A DNA stretch of 52,940 bases from the NCBI GenBank assembly GCA_031288495.1, contig JAITRH010000246.1, positions 1 through 52,940 on the forward strand. The letters are read 5' to 3'. A program made the position numbers and the translations under genes. This DNA is from Treponema sp. (GTDB lineage Bacteria; Spirochaetota; Spirochaetia; Treponematales; Breznakiellaceae). Shown piece by piece: positions 26,557 through 35,179 of the stretch (the first letter of the stretch is position 1; every line of letters starts with the position of its first letter). The notes under the pieces were generated by a model, which ran no database searches, was not told the origin of the DNA, and saw only the letters and a list, made by a program, of their open reading frames with translations.

Positions 26557-27282
26557 ATGGGATTTTATAATATCAATGAGGATAGGGTTACAACCGAAGT
26601 GAATGCAATCTTTGAGCTTATTAAAAGAAGAGGTAATCCGCAAAAAATCTGTACTTGCAGCCAATGCCGTACCGATATCATCTGTTATGTGCTTAACCGT
26701 ATGGAACCCCATTATGTGGCTTCAAACCGGGGACTTGCCAGAGCTATAGGGAAATCAATTAAATACCAGCAAAAAAAGGCAGATATAGTCAGCTTGATAT
26801 ATGAGGGGATAAACCAGATACGTCATCACCGGCGGCCTTTTACGGAACATAAAGGCCGGGAGGATAATTTCTGGAACAACCAGAAACCGGTATTCATCGT
26901 CCCCGTGATACTCGGACAGATCTTCAATGGTATCAATTTTGCACCCCTGGAAGAGGCTCAGATAGAACTCAGACACGAACAGAGTTTGGTGCCTATGATG
27001 AACAGTAATTGGCAGAATCCCTATAATCTGGTGAGCTACATTGCGGGGATTTTTACCTTTTTGCCCTGTCCTATACCGGCCGCATCCATAGGGATCCATA
27101 AAAACCTGGGATTTTCTCTCATCATTAAGGCTCCGGGATTTGAAGAATTGCCCTCCAGCTTTGAAATTCCGGTAATGAGTGAAATACTTGCGAGCAACCC
27201 CTTTTCTATGAAGCGAATCTTCAGATTACCGGATATTTATATGTTTCCTCCTGAAGAAGAAACCCCTCCCGTACAGGCCTAG
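26557..27282 (+). CDS. ComFB-domain protein with an uncharacterised C-terminal domain
   Basis: CTCSQCRTDIICYVLNRMEPHYV is the Cys-rich ComFB motif. I moved the start to ATG 26557 (GGGGAG SD 7 nt upstream); the track ORF began at 26383 inside the HD gene end. The gene is visibly more AT-rich than its neighbours. Confidence 0.55.
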   Translation: MGFYNINEDRVTTEVNAIFELIKRRGNPQKICTCSQCRTDIICYVLNRMEPHYVASNRGLARAIGKSIKYQQKKADIVSLIYEGINQIRHHRRPFTEHKGREDNFWNNQKPVFIVPVILGQIFNGINFAPLEEAQIELRHEQSLVPMMNSNWQNPYNLVSYIAGIFTFLPCPIPAASIGIHKNLGFSLIIKAPGFEELPSSFEIPVMSEILASNPFSMKRIFRLPDIYMFPPEEETPPVQA

Positions 27283-27345
27283 GGGTCCATTGTTCTCCAC
27301 CCGATATGGCTATTGAGTCCCGGCGGCTCCTCGGGTCTTTTCTAT

Positions 27346-27418
27346 TCGGAGGAGGGGGATTTGAACCCCCGACATCCAGCTCCCAAAGCTGGCGGTATAG
27401 CCACTAACCTACCCTCCG
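27346..27418 (-). tRNA. tRNA-Pro (anticodon UGG)
   Basis: Hand-folded: acceptor CGGAGGG/TCCTCCG, anticodon stem CCAGC/GCTGG with loop TTTGGGA (anticodon TGG, G37), T-arm GGGGG-TTCAAAT-CCCCC, discriminator A. 73 nt, CCA not encoded. Confidence 0.9.
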
Positions 27419-27427
27419 TAGTTCTTA

Positions 27428-27457
27428 ACTATAGGTTAAACCCCTGGAGGCTGTCAA
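27428..27457 (-). promoter_or_regulatory. Sigma-70-type promoter of tRNA-Pro
   Basis: The minus strand reads TTGACA-gcctccaggggtttaacc(18)-TATAGT. It ends 9 nt before the mature tRNA 5' end. Confidence 0.7.
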
Positions 27458-28006
27458 TCCGGGGTGATCAGGTACAGGGCAACAGTATGTACTTTTCAGT
27501 ATAGCAGGAGCGGAAAGGAGACGATAACGCTCAATTTAGGGGAAATCTGACGAAGCCATCCATGGAAGGAAACCATGGAAACAGGGTCAGCGCATATAAA
27601 AAGGGGTAAAGCAGAAGAAAGGAGCTATCGATAAAAGCAGATTGGAGGGGAATAGGATCAACCAACCTATACCGCCCTTATTGGCAATAGTTCATACCAC
27701 CAATCTTTTCCAGTCATCTTTTTATTATACCGCAAACGCATAATTACCGGAACCCCTGCAAATCCTCAAAGAAACATGCCGGTTAAGTTCCTGTTACCTC
27801 CCAGGTGGCCCTTAGTCCCAACCCCCAGGGCCACGTACCGTACCTTAATAACCCCTATAGCGGCCCGCATCCCCACTACAATTCCGGGTGTGCGTGATAA
27901 AAACCCAAGTACAATTCCGGTTTAAAAGTCAGGTTACAGGCGGGCTTTTATGGGGAGGCCGGTATATACTTGAGGCGGTATAAGCATATAGTAAGGGTAG
28001 GAGAGC

Positions 28007-28552
28007 ATGATGAGTGGGTTGATCCATCTGTATATAGGTGATGGGAAAGGTAAGACCACCGCAGCGGTGGGTTTATCGGTCCGGGCGGCGGGAAGGGATA
28101 AGCAGGTCCTCTTTGCCCAGTTTTTAAAGAGCAGCTTTACGGGGGAACTCGGTTCTCTGGAAAAGCTCGGCGTCAGGGTCATCCGTTCCACCCTAGCCTT
28201 GGGCTTCACCCACCAGATGAATGAGGAGACCAGGGCCCGGTGCAAAGCTGAACAAAGGCAGATCCTAGAAAAAATTCGAGCGGCCCTATACGGTGAAACC
28301 AGGGAACCTGGAATCGGCGAACCGGATCTCGTGGTCTTGGATGAAGCGCTGGATGCGGTTAATACGGGGATGCTTGATGAAGGGGACTTACGGTCCCTCG
28401 TGGAAACCAAAGCCCCGGCGCTGGAACTCGTCCTCACCGGACGGAACCCTCCTCTATGGCTCCTTGATGCGGCGGATTATGTTTCGGAAATCAAGAAGAT
28501 TAAACATCCCTACGACCGGGGTATACCTGCGCGCCTGGGCATTGAACGCTGA
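28007..28552 (+). CDS. cobO: Cob(I)yrinic acid a,c-diamide / cob(I)alamin adenosyltransferase (CobO/BtuR type)
   Basis: YIGDGKGKTTAAVGLSVRAAG P-loop, VVLDE and KHPYDRGIPARLGIE are typical of the CobA/CobO family. The start could be the second ATG at 28010. Confidence 0.9.
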   Translation: MMSGLIHLYIGDGKGKTTAAVGLSVRAAGRDKQVLFAQFLKSSFTGELGSLEKLGVRVIRSTLALGFTHQMNEETRARCKAEQRQILEKIRAALYGETREPGIGEPDLVVLDEALDAVNTGMLDEGDLRSLVETKAPALELVLTGRNPPLWLLDAADYVSEIKKIKHPYDRGIPARLGIER

Positions 28553-28705
28553 AAGGTCCGGCCTGTGCCGGGGTTCGTTCTCGAGCGAAAAATCAGCCTC
28601 ATCAATGGACCCGTTTCCCCTTGGTGGACCGTGGATTTTCTACCGCAGCCTGCAAGACCTAGCACCCATAGAAAGACCCAGAGCCCGAGGCTGGTCCCTA
28701 CTGAT

Positions 28706-28981
28706 TCAGGCCCTGGGCTTTCTTGCATCCTTCGGTTCATCCTCGGATGTATCCTCGGATTTAGCGGAGGCTTTCTTTTCTTTCTTGAGTTTGAGCTTTG
28801 GTTTAGAAACCTCCGACGCGATCTTACGGCGGAATCGGACTACATAGGACACAAGAGAAAAATATACAATCAATCCCAGGCTTACCCCAATTACTTCCCT
28901 AGAAGTAAGAGTCTGGACTAGAAGGCTGGTAAGTTCATTAGAAATCATAACTATACTAAAATAGTATTTCCATACCAACAT
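28706..28981 (-). CDS. Hypothetical small membrane protein with a charged Lys/Glu-rich tail
   Basis: 91-aa ORF with one TM segment (VIGVSLGLIVYFSLVSYVV) followed by KPKLKLKKEKKASAKSEDTSEDEPKD. Convergent with cobO. Confidence 0.35.
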   Translation of the reverse strand: MLVWKYYFSIVMISNELTSLLVQTLTSREVIGVSLGLIVYFSLVSYVVRFRRKIASEVSKPKLKLKKEKKASAKSEDTSEDEPKDARKPRA

Positions 28982-29162
28982 AATTGCAACTAGTGTACGG
29001 ACATACCTTCCCTATAGAGGAGCAATGGCCTAGTCGGACTGAAAGGCGCTGAAGCAGCCCTGTGAAAGGCCGCCGGCCTATTTTGGGGGCCATTTCCCAG
29101 AAGTTTTCCCTGAAGACGTCGGATGTACATGACAAACCGCTATGGAATATATATAATACCCT

Positions 29163-29753
29163 ATGTTTACGATAATTACCTGTGCCGCAGGGTGCGGTCG
29201 TACTGCCATTACCGGCTCTCAGATTTGCGCGGTTCATGCAGCGAATCCAGAAACAGAGGCCGCTCGAATTGTAGACCATATTCAAAAGCAAAAAAAGGTT
29301 ACCGACCTCAATGCTCCCGGCTTACACTTTAAGAACGCCGACTTCTCGGGCCGCTATTTTTGCGGATGTAATTTCAAGGGTTCCTCCTTTTCTAACTGCC
29401 TCTTTACCAGGACGGTGATGCGGATGGTCTTTTTCGATTTTTCCTACTTCCTGGACTGTGATTTTACGAAAAGCGACCTGCAATTTTTATCTTTTGCCGG
29501 GTCTAGAATACATTATTGTACCTTTGAAGGCTCTGAACTGGTACATATTAATTACGGCGGTACTCATACGGCCCACTGTATCTTCAATAACTCCAATCTC
29601 TATAACAGCCGGTTTATCAATGCCCAGGTAGAATATTCCGATTTTATTAACTGTAATACCAAACGAGTCAATTTCATTAAGGCCCGGAAAGAAGGTCTTA
29701 CCTTTAAGGCGTCCAATACGGCGGAGGCGATATTTGAACCGGACCCCTACTAA
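29163..29753 (+). CDS. Pentapeptide-repeat protein
   Basis: There are successive A(D/N)LxX-type pentads: NADFSGRYFCGCNFKGSSFSNCLFTRT...CDFTKSDLQFLSFAGSRIHYCTFEGSELVHINYGG...NNSNLYNSRFINAQVEYSDFINCN. The N-terminus has a Cys cluster (CAAGC...C). Confidence 0.7.
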   Translation: MFTIITCAAGCGRTAITGSQICAVHAANPETEAARIVDHIQKQKKVTDLNAPGLHFKNADFSGRYFCGCNFKGSSFSNCLFTRTVMRMVFFDFSYFLDCDFTKSDLQFLSFAGSRIHYCTFEGSELVHINYGGTHTAHCIFNNSNLYNSRFINAQVEYSDFINCNTKRVNFIKARKEGLTFKASNTAEAIFEPDPY

Positions 29754-29783
29754 GCAGCATAAGCCTATGCTCAGGATAGTACT

Positions 29784-30410
29784 ATGAAGTTATTTTTTCA
29801 TTATTGTCCCGTGAGTTTTAGTAACTGTTATGTGTTAGGCGACGAATTTCCCGTTAAGGGGACGTTCCACAAGAAAGAGGCGGTCCTCATCGATCCTGGG
29901 TATATGGATGAAGCCATAGTCAATTTTATAGAAAATAACGAATATCACTTGCGGGCAGTGCTTATTACCCATGATCATAGAAATCATGTACGGGGCTTAC
30001 AGACCCTCATGCGGATATACGATGCGGATATTTATGCGGTGAACCAGATCGTTTTAGAGTATAAGACCATCCTGGTACGGGACCGGGATATGTGCCGGAT
30101 AGGACCCTTCCGGTTTGAGATCATTTCCGTCCCCGGTCATTCCCCTGATGCTGCGGTGTTTAAGATTGATAACCTGCTTTTTACCGGAGACGTCTTGAGC
30201 GCAGGGCTTGTAGGCCGAACCGTCAGCAGTTATGGCGCTACAACCCAGATACATGCCCTGCAGAGTAAGCTCTTCTCCTTGCCCGGGGATTTTACCGTGC
30301 TGCCTGGTCACGGCCCCCCTTCTTCCTTGGAGGCGGAACGGCGTTTCAATGCGGGGATTCAGCTCTATGAACAGCGTAAGCCCAAACGCCGGGTATTTAC
30401 GCTTGAGTGA
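29784..30410 (+). CDS. MBL-fold metallo-hydrolase (glyoxalase II-like)
   Basis: VLITHDHRNHVRG (variant of the HxHxDH motif), SVPGHSPD, FTGDVL and LPGHG follow the order of MBL motifs 2-5. Confidence 0.75.
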   Translation: MKLFFHYCPVSFSNCYVLGDEFPVKGTFHKKEAVLIDPGYMDEAIVNFIENNEYHLRAVLITHDHRNHVRGLQTLMRIYDADIYAVNQIVLEYKTILVRDRDMCRIGPFRFEIISVPGHSPDAAVFKIDNLLFTGDVLSAGLVGRTVSSYGATTQIHALQSKLFSLPGDFTVLPGHGPPSSLEAERRFNAGIQLYEQRKPKRRVFTLE

Positions 30411-30444
30411 GCTCAGGCACCGCTGATTTCTCGTTCCCAATCCT

Positions 30445-30573
30445 CTCGTAATCGACGTGAGTTCAATGGGACCGTAAGGGTCCGGGAAGTATTCGGATCC
30501 ATGGGCGTAATTTCGGACCAAGGTCTGGTGGACTAAGCTCCGGCGGACACGGCCGCTTACCGTGTGGACCGTG
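30445..30573 (+). repeat. Degenerate copy (E) of the structured repeat, mainly the 3' half
   Basis: ...GGATCCATGGGCGTAATTTCGGACCAAGGTCTGGTGGAC...CGGCCGCTTACCGTGTGGACCGTG aligns with ...ATCCAGGTAATCGGTGTAATCACGGACC...GGACCAGAGGTCCGTGGAGAC...CGGCCCCTTACCGTGTTGACCGTG of copy B. The left arm is not recognisable. Confidence 0.45.
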
Positions 30574-30580
30574 ATGCTTC

Positions 30581-31684
30581 TCAGCTCAATGCGTCATAGG
30601 TGGTTTTAAGGGTTTTCTCTTGAGCAAAACGCCGGAGGGCCAGTTCAATAAGCCTATCAATCAGCGCGGTATAGGAAAGGCCGCTGGCTTCCCATAGTTT
30701 GGGGTACATGCTGATCTTAGTAAAGCCCGGCATGGTATTGATCTCATTAACCAAGAGGGTCCCCTCGGGTTTAAGAAAGCAATCAACCCGGGCAAGTCCT
30801 TCTGCGCCCAGGGTCTTAAAGGTTTTCACCGCCAATGCCTGTACCGCCTTCGCCGTATGTTCCTGGATTGGGGCGGGAATTTCCAGAACCGCCCCCTGTT
30901 CATCAATATATTTGGCCTCATACGAATAAAACTCATGGGAAGCAATCACCTCCCCGGGAACCGATGCCCAAGGGTCCTCGTTACCCAGGACCGAACATTC
31001 CAGTTCCCGGCCTTGAATATATGCTTCAATAATGATCTTGCGGTCATAGGTGAAGGCTTCTTCAATACTGCGTTTAAATTCGGTTTCATCGTGGATCTTA
31101 CTCACCCCCACGGAAGAGCCCATATTGGCGGGTTTAACAAAGAAGGGCAGCCCCAAGGCCTCCCGAAGCCCGGCAAAATCCGGCATCCCCTCATGGGCCT
31201 TGAGGACTCTGAAATCAGCAATGGGGATCCCTGCCTCTCGGAGGAGGCGTTTCATCACATCCTTATCCATCCCGATGGCAGAACCCAGTACCCCGGCACC
31301 TACAAAGGGGATATCCGCCAGCTTCAAAAGCCCCTGGACCGTCCCATCCTCTCCAAAAGGACCATGCAGCAGGGGGAACATCACATCAATGAACTGCTCC
31401 GGTTTCCCGGTTTGGATATTGGAAATGGCCCCGCTGCTCTGGGGGATAAGGGCCACCGAATCCCCTGCGGGATTAAGCCTAATCCCTTGAGGATCCTCTG
31501 GATTAAGGAGAAACTGCGCCGCATCCTTCAGCAGCCACCTGCCGGATTTGTCGATACCGATAAGGACGGGGGTGTATTTCTCCCGGTCCATGGCATCAAA
31601 CACATGTTTCGCAGACTGGAGGGATACCTCATGTTCCGCGGATTTTCCCCCGAATAAAATACCTACCCTGATTTTTTTATCCAT
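30581..31684 (-). CDS. ddl: D-alanine--D-alanine ligase
   Basis: 367 aa. KIRVGILFGGKSAEHEVSLQSA, HGPFGEDGTVQGLL, FVKPANMGSSVG and VNEINTMPGFT are canonical Ddl motifs. Confidence 0.95.
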   Translation of the reverse strand: MDKKIRVGILFGGKSAEHEVSLQSAKHVFDAMDREKYTPVLIGIDKSGRWLLKDAAQFLLNPEDPQGIRLNPAGDSVALIPQSSGAISNIQTGKPEQFIDVMFPLLHGPFGEDGTVQGLLKLADIPFVGAGVLGSAIGMDKDVMKRLLREAGIPIADFRVLKAHEGMPDFAGLREALGLPFFVKPANMGSSVGVSKIHDETEFKRSIEEAFTYDRKIIIEAYIQGRELECSVLGNEDPWASVPGEVIASHEFYSYEAKYIDEQGAVLEIPAPIQEHTAKAVQALAVKTFKTLGAEGLARVDCFLKPEGTLLVNEINTMPGFTKISMYPKLWEASGLSYTALIDRLIELALRRFAQEKTLKTTYDALS

Positions 31685-31889
31685 GGTTTCCTCATGTTCC
31701 TTTTCCTGTTGGCGCTATTCGTTTTAACCGCCCTCGGGGGTTCAAAATAGCCCCTGGTGAAGCCGGTTCAAACTGCTCTAATTATATACATTACCTCGGG
31801 TGAAGGGTAGGGAGGAACGAAAAAAGGAAGGGCCTTTTTGTTTCAACTTTTACTTGCCCTTTGCTTCTCCTTGTGGGTATAGTAATATC

Positions 31890-32423
31890 ATGGTTTCTTT
31901 ATCGGTCCGCCGACGGGTTGCGCGGCTTATTTTTATCATAGGCCTTTTATTCATGTTCCTGGGGAGTGCCTTTCTCTTGGGAAATCTGGCGGGAACTTCC
32001 CGGATATCGGTTTTACTCGCCTTTTTTTTTGTTATCCTGGGTTCAGGCTGCGCGGTTTTAGCGATAAAACTCAATAAACGTTCTCTCTATCTTTTCTTTG
32101 CTGCTTTTTTTATGTTAGTAGGTTTTTTCCTGTTCCTCGCTGCCTTGAAGCTCATCCCCGTGGCGTTCTCGGAAGCCTGGCCCCTCATATCGGTTTTTTC
32201 AGGACTCGCCCTCTTTCCTGCAGGCTGGCATCGGTATGGGGCGCTGCGGAGCTGGTATGTGGTCCCTTCCCTGGCCTTTGTCATTTTAGGGTCGGTGTTG
32301 CTTATTTTTTCTTTTAATATAGTCCCCTTTTCCTTTTCCCATTTCATGATACGGTGGTGGCCTCTCTTGGTGGTACTCACCGGCCTCATGTTGGTCCTCA
32401 TTTCCCTAGGTACTAAACACTAA
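31890..32423 (+). CDS. Hypothetical multi-pass membrane protein
   Basis: About 5 hydrophobic segments. I moved the start to ATG 31890 (MVSLSVRRRVARLIF...); the track ORF used GTG 31800. No family recognised. Confidence 0.5.
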   Translation: MVSLSVRRRVARLIFIIGLLFMFLGSAFLLGNLAGTSRISVLLAFFFVILGSGCAVLAIKLNKRSLYLFFAAFFMLVGFFLFLAALKLIPVAFSEAWPLISVFSGLALFPAGWHRYGALRSWYVVPSLAFVILGSVLLIFSFNIVPFSFSHFMIRWWPLLVVLTGLMLVLISLGTKH

Positions 32424-32508
32424 GGAGGGTGGGTGAGCGGATGCTAAAAGAGTTGCTTTTTTTTTCCCTATAACCCCGCCTATACGTCGGGAGAGGGGCC
32501 TTGTTTTC

Positions 32509-34191
32509 TTGGGGAGCCTGTTAGGGGTATGCCTAAGTATTTCCTGCGGTACCCAGGTTCCAGTCCATGAAAGGCCCATCAGAATCGAGACGGTGCCGGA
32601 GCTTCAGCCTGAGGCTCCGGTACGGTCCGCCGATAGGGGTACGGGGGACGAGATCCGGTCTTTAACCGAGGAGGGAACCCCTTCGTCCCTCCTTCGGGCT
32701 TTGGACTTGATCCGCATCAGGGAACTGGGGGGCAGTGAATTTGGCCGGGTAATGAACGGGGTGATCCAGAGCTTGATCCAGAACCTCTACCCCCATCTAT
32801 CGATCTCTGTTTCTACCCTGTACCAATCCCAGACCCATATTTACAGCCGAATCCTCAGAAATGCCCGGGAGCGGGTGTATACGCCCCCCCGGCAAAGCAC
32901 CCAAGACTATCTTGAACTGGTCCTGCCTTTCTTAGCCTTTGTTTCTGATCTTTCCCCCTATTCGGAGGAACGCTTATTGGAGGTTCTCCAGGATTTACGC
33001 CGGGGGGAAGCCCTCAATCCCGATTCGGTCCTGGCTCCCTATTTCAGGGGACTTGTCTTGGAACGCTTAAACCGCCCCAATCAGGCCCTCGGCGCCTATA
33101 TGCGGGCTTACCGGCTGTCTGCAGAATGTTACCCCGCGGCATTGGGTCAGGTCCGGGTTCTGGATAAAACCGGGCGGAAACAGGAATCCATGCATCTGCT
33201 GCAGGAGCTGCTTATTCAGTTCCCGGATAATAGCTCTATCAAACAGCAGCTTGCCCGGCTTTATTACGCTGACCGGGACTGGCCTCGAGCAGAATCAGCC
33301 ATTGCAGAGATCCTGCAGCAGGATAGCCAGAACCCGGAATTGCTCCTTTTGTACGCCCATATCCTGGTAGAAGAGGGGCGCTTTTTTAAAGCTCTGGATC
33401 CTCTGGACCGCTACGAGCTTAGCCATGGGAATCGGCGGCTGTACCTGTTTCTCCGGGCCAGGATTCAGTACGAGGGCTACCATAACCGGGGCGCAGCCCT
33501 CAACTACCTGCGCTCGATCCTCAAGAGCTTTCCCGGGGATGCGGAGGTATCGGCATATACGGCGGCCTTGCTTTTGGAATCCCCCCAAGAGGAGGAGCAA
33601 GCAGAGGGGCGGGAACTGCTGCAGAATTTATTAAAGGAAGAAAAGCCCGCCTTGGCGGTAGTGGACCTGGCCTTTCGGGATGCAGTCAGGCGGGAAGCCT
33701 GGGAAGAGGCTAAAAGCTATACGGCCCCGCTTCTTGAAGCGGACCGCGCTCAGTATCTCTTGGACGTGTCCAAAGTTGCGCAGGGCATGGGAAACACGGA
33801 GGAGGCTTTTTCCTATGCCCAGGAATTGCATGCACAAAATCCTGCGGATGAAGCGGGGACCATGATCTATGTGTCCGTGTTGATTGATACAGGAGCGCAG
33901 GATGAGGCCCGGAGGATCATAGAAAGCCGGCTTACCACCGCGGAAAGGCAGGTAAAGGGGGAGTATTATTACCTGCGAAGCCGTATCCAAGGGACCGAAG
34001 GGGATGCATTGCAGGATCTCCGATCCAGTCTCTTGGAAGATCCCCGGAACCTCCACGCCCTCATAGGCATGGTTGAACTGTACCATCGCCGCCAGGACCA
34101 GCGCCGGCTGGTATACTACCTGAAACAGGCCCTGAGCTTTGCTCCGGATAATTCCCGGCTACGGCAGTACGCCCAGGAATACCTGCTCTAG
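32509..34191 (+). CDS. TPR-repeat protein, probable lipoprotein
   Basis: 560 aa. The N-terminus has LGVCLSISCG (lipobox-like). Repeated 34-aa TPR-like helices occur, e.g. LARLYYADRDWPRAESAIAEILQQDSQNPELLLLYAHILVEEGRFFKA. The TTG start is uncertain. Confidence 0.65.
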   Translation: MGSLLGVCLSISCGTQVPVHERPIRIETVPELQPEAPVRSADRGTGDEIRSLTEEGTPSSLLRALDLIRIRELGGSEFGRVMNGVIQSLIQNLYPHLSISVSTLYQSQTHIYSRILRNARERVYTPPRQSTQDYLELVLPFLAFVSDLSPYSEERLLEVLQDLRRGEALNPDSVLAPYFRGLVLERLNRPNQALGAYMRAYRLSAECYPAALGQVRVLDKTGRKQESMHLLQELLIQFPDNSSIKQQLARLYYADRDWPRAESAIAEILQQDSQNPELLLLYAHILVEEGRFFKALDPLDRYELSHGNRRLYLFLRARIQYEGYHNRGAALNYLRSILKSFPGDAEVSAYTAALLLESPQEEEQAEGRELLQNLLKEEKPALAVVDLAFRDAVRREAWEEAKSYTAPLLEADRAQYLLDVSKVAQGMGNTEEAFSYAQELHAQNPADEAGTMIYVSVLIDTGAQDEARRIIESRLTTAERQVKGEYYYLRSRIQGTEGDALQDLRSSLLEDPRNLHALIGMVELYHRRQDQRRLVYYLKQALSFAPDNSRLRQYAQEYLL

Positions 34192-34597
34192 GAACCGGTT
34201 GCAGGGGCGGATTTTTTTATCTATGCATGAAGGAATAACGGAGACGGATACCCCGGGGGCGGCGTTTCATGGGAACAGGCCCTCTTGCGGGGTATTGCAG
34301 GTACGGCGAAACCGTCCGTGCTATTTTCAGGGTAAGGCGAGCCTATAAGGCCGCTTATATCATGGCTGATTGCGGCGCTCACCCTTGGAGGCAGGATAGC
34401 CGGGATCGTCGCCGCATTCCGGTAAAGAAAACATACAAGCCCCCGTCCCTTCCGCCACCCTAACCCGGGCTTGCTGTTCTCCAGAGCAATTTCTATCTCC
34501 GCAGAGCTTCATGGTTACAGGGACCCTGCCGTTTCAACACCCCCTACAGAAGCTCCATCATTGTACCGATAACATAGAGGAGAAGGGTTAAGAAAAA

Positions 34598-35095
34598 ATG
34601 GGCTTTGTAAAATCATGGAGGGTGATTTTATTGTTGCATAGTTATATTGTTTTTCCGCTTTCCGGTGCAACCATAAGCTTTCTGATTATGGAGGCAGGGC
34701 CCCCCAAGGAAAGGCCGGTGTATGAATTTTCAAGACTCTGGGAAAACAGTTTGATGGATGTGTTTTTTGAGGCAGGCCATATCGTAAGCAATGCTCCTAT
34801 TATGCGGCTTAAGGCTGCATCCACAGGAGTGTTTCCCGATGAAGCCCAAAAAGAGTTCCAAGAGGCCATTGCCGGGGGCTCTGATTTTTTTATCCTCGTC
34901 CTGCTTGAGTACCCCGGTATGCCCGAGGGCGCTCTCCAAAGACCCCAGTCAATTTCCCTCAGGCTTTTTAGCACTAAGCCTTATCGCTCTTTGGCAGAAC
35001 AACACTACCCAAGGGCCACAGACCTCTCTCCTGCTGAAGAACTCCTGGAGGTCAAAAAAGCGGCCCGGACCCTCCTGGCGCACCTGGGAAGATGA
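34598..35095 (+). CDS. Hypothetical secreted protein (165 aa)
   Basis: It has an N-terminal hydrophobic signal-like segment and a good SD (GAGGAGAAGG) upstream. No motif recognised. Confidence 0.5.
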   Translation: MGFVKSWRVILLLHSYIVFPLSGATISFLIMEAGPPKERPVYEFSRLWENSLMDVFFEAGHIVSNAPIMRLKAASTGVFPDEAQKEFQEAIAGGSDFFILVLLEYPGMPEGALQRPQSISLRLFSTKPYRSLAEQHYPRATDLSPAEELLEVKKAARTLLAHLGR

Positions 35096-35179
35096 CCAAA
35101 GCGTATCGTGAGGGTATCTTTTGAAGGCCGGATCATGCTCTCTGTGCCGATTCAGTAAAAAATACCTTGGAGGATGGGT

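Noticed and set aside
26393-27345. I considered whether a genomic island is integrated at tRNA-Pro.
   Set aside because: There is no integrase gene and I could find no direct repeat of the tRNA 3' end. Only one AT-rich gene is involved. It is retained as a low-interest compositional note only.
27419-28006. I looked for a cobalamin riboswitch or other known RNA gene (SRP, 6S, RNase P) in the 590-nt gap between tRNA-Pro and cobO.
   Set aside because: I could not find a B12-box-like or other family core motif by eye. The part next to the tRNA is explained by a strong tRNA promoter.
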